From NCBI GenBank assembly GCA_000934665.2, contig JYFJ02004157.1:1-34248 (forward strand): 34,248 nt of DNA, written 5' to 3'. Both the position numbers and the translations under genes were made by a program. The notes below the pieces were generated by a model, which saw only the letters and a program-made list of their open reading frames with translations, made no database searches and was not told where the DNA came from. The stretch is from Catajapyx aquilonaris. Lineage: Eukaryota. Below, in pieces: positions 34,040 to 34,248 of the stretch. Positions within the stretch are counted from its first letter, which is position 1; every line of letters starts with the position of its first letter.

Positions 34040-34248
34040 GTGAGTCGGGGCTTCGTCTACTACTTGTCTTCTTCTCTTCTTGCTCTCCTAATTCTCTCAG
34101 CAACTTTTATTTTATTCCTGTCTCCTCATTTCATTTTATCTTGTAAATTGCGGTCTTAAGGTGGAAATGAAGCTAGAGTCACTCAATGAGAATTTTATGA
34201 AAAAAACATATGTTACGCAGTTTTGTGTCCTCTTATCAATGGTGCAAA

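Overview
Eukaryotic, most likely arthropod, genomic DNA with spliceosomal introns and two divergently oriented tandem gene families. Left part (1-20290, minus strand): four near-identical two-exon divergent ionotropic receptor (IR, iGluR-related chemoreceptor) genes. Three are complete (about 660 aa) and one is cut by the window edge. The intergenic DNA holds a full-length RTE-X-like LINE nested in an older LINE of the same type, AcademX-like transposon remnants, a truncated RTE LINE, a solo LTR and a pair of 75-bp hairpins. Right part (23005-34248, plus strand): three paralogues plus one remnant of a four-exon gene that the ORF track splits. Two short exons join an ankyrin-repeat exon to a 42-aa TPR-array exon, and a transmembrane helix is formed across a splice junction. 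The predicted product is a type II membrane protein with cytoplasmic ankyrin repeats and an extracellular or lumenal TPR array that is variable on one face. This is the best candidate for an undescribed system here, possibly a diversifying receptor family. All gene models and family calls come from reading the sequence by eye; no searches were run.
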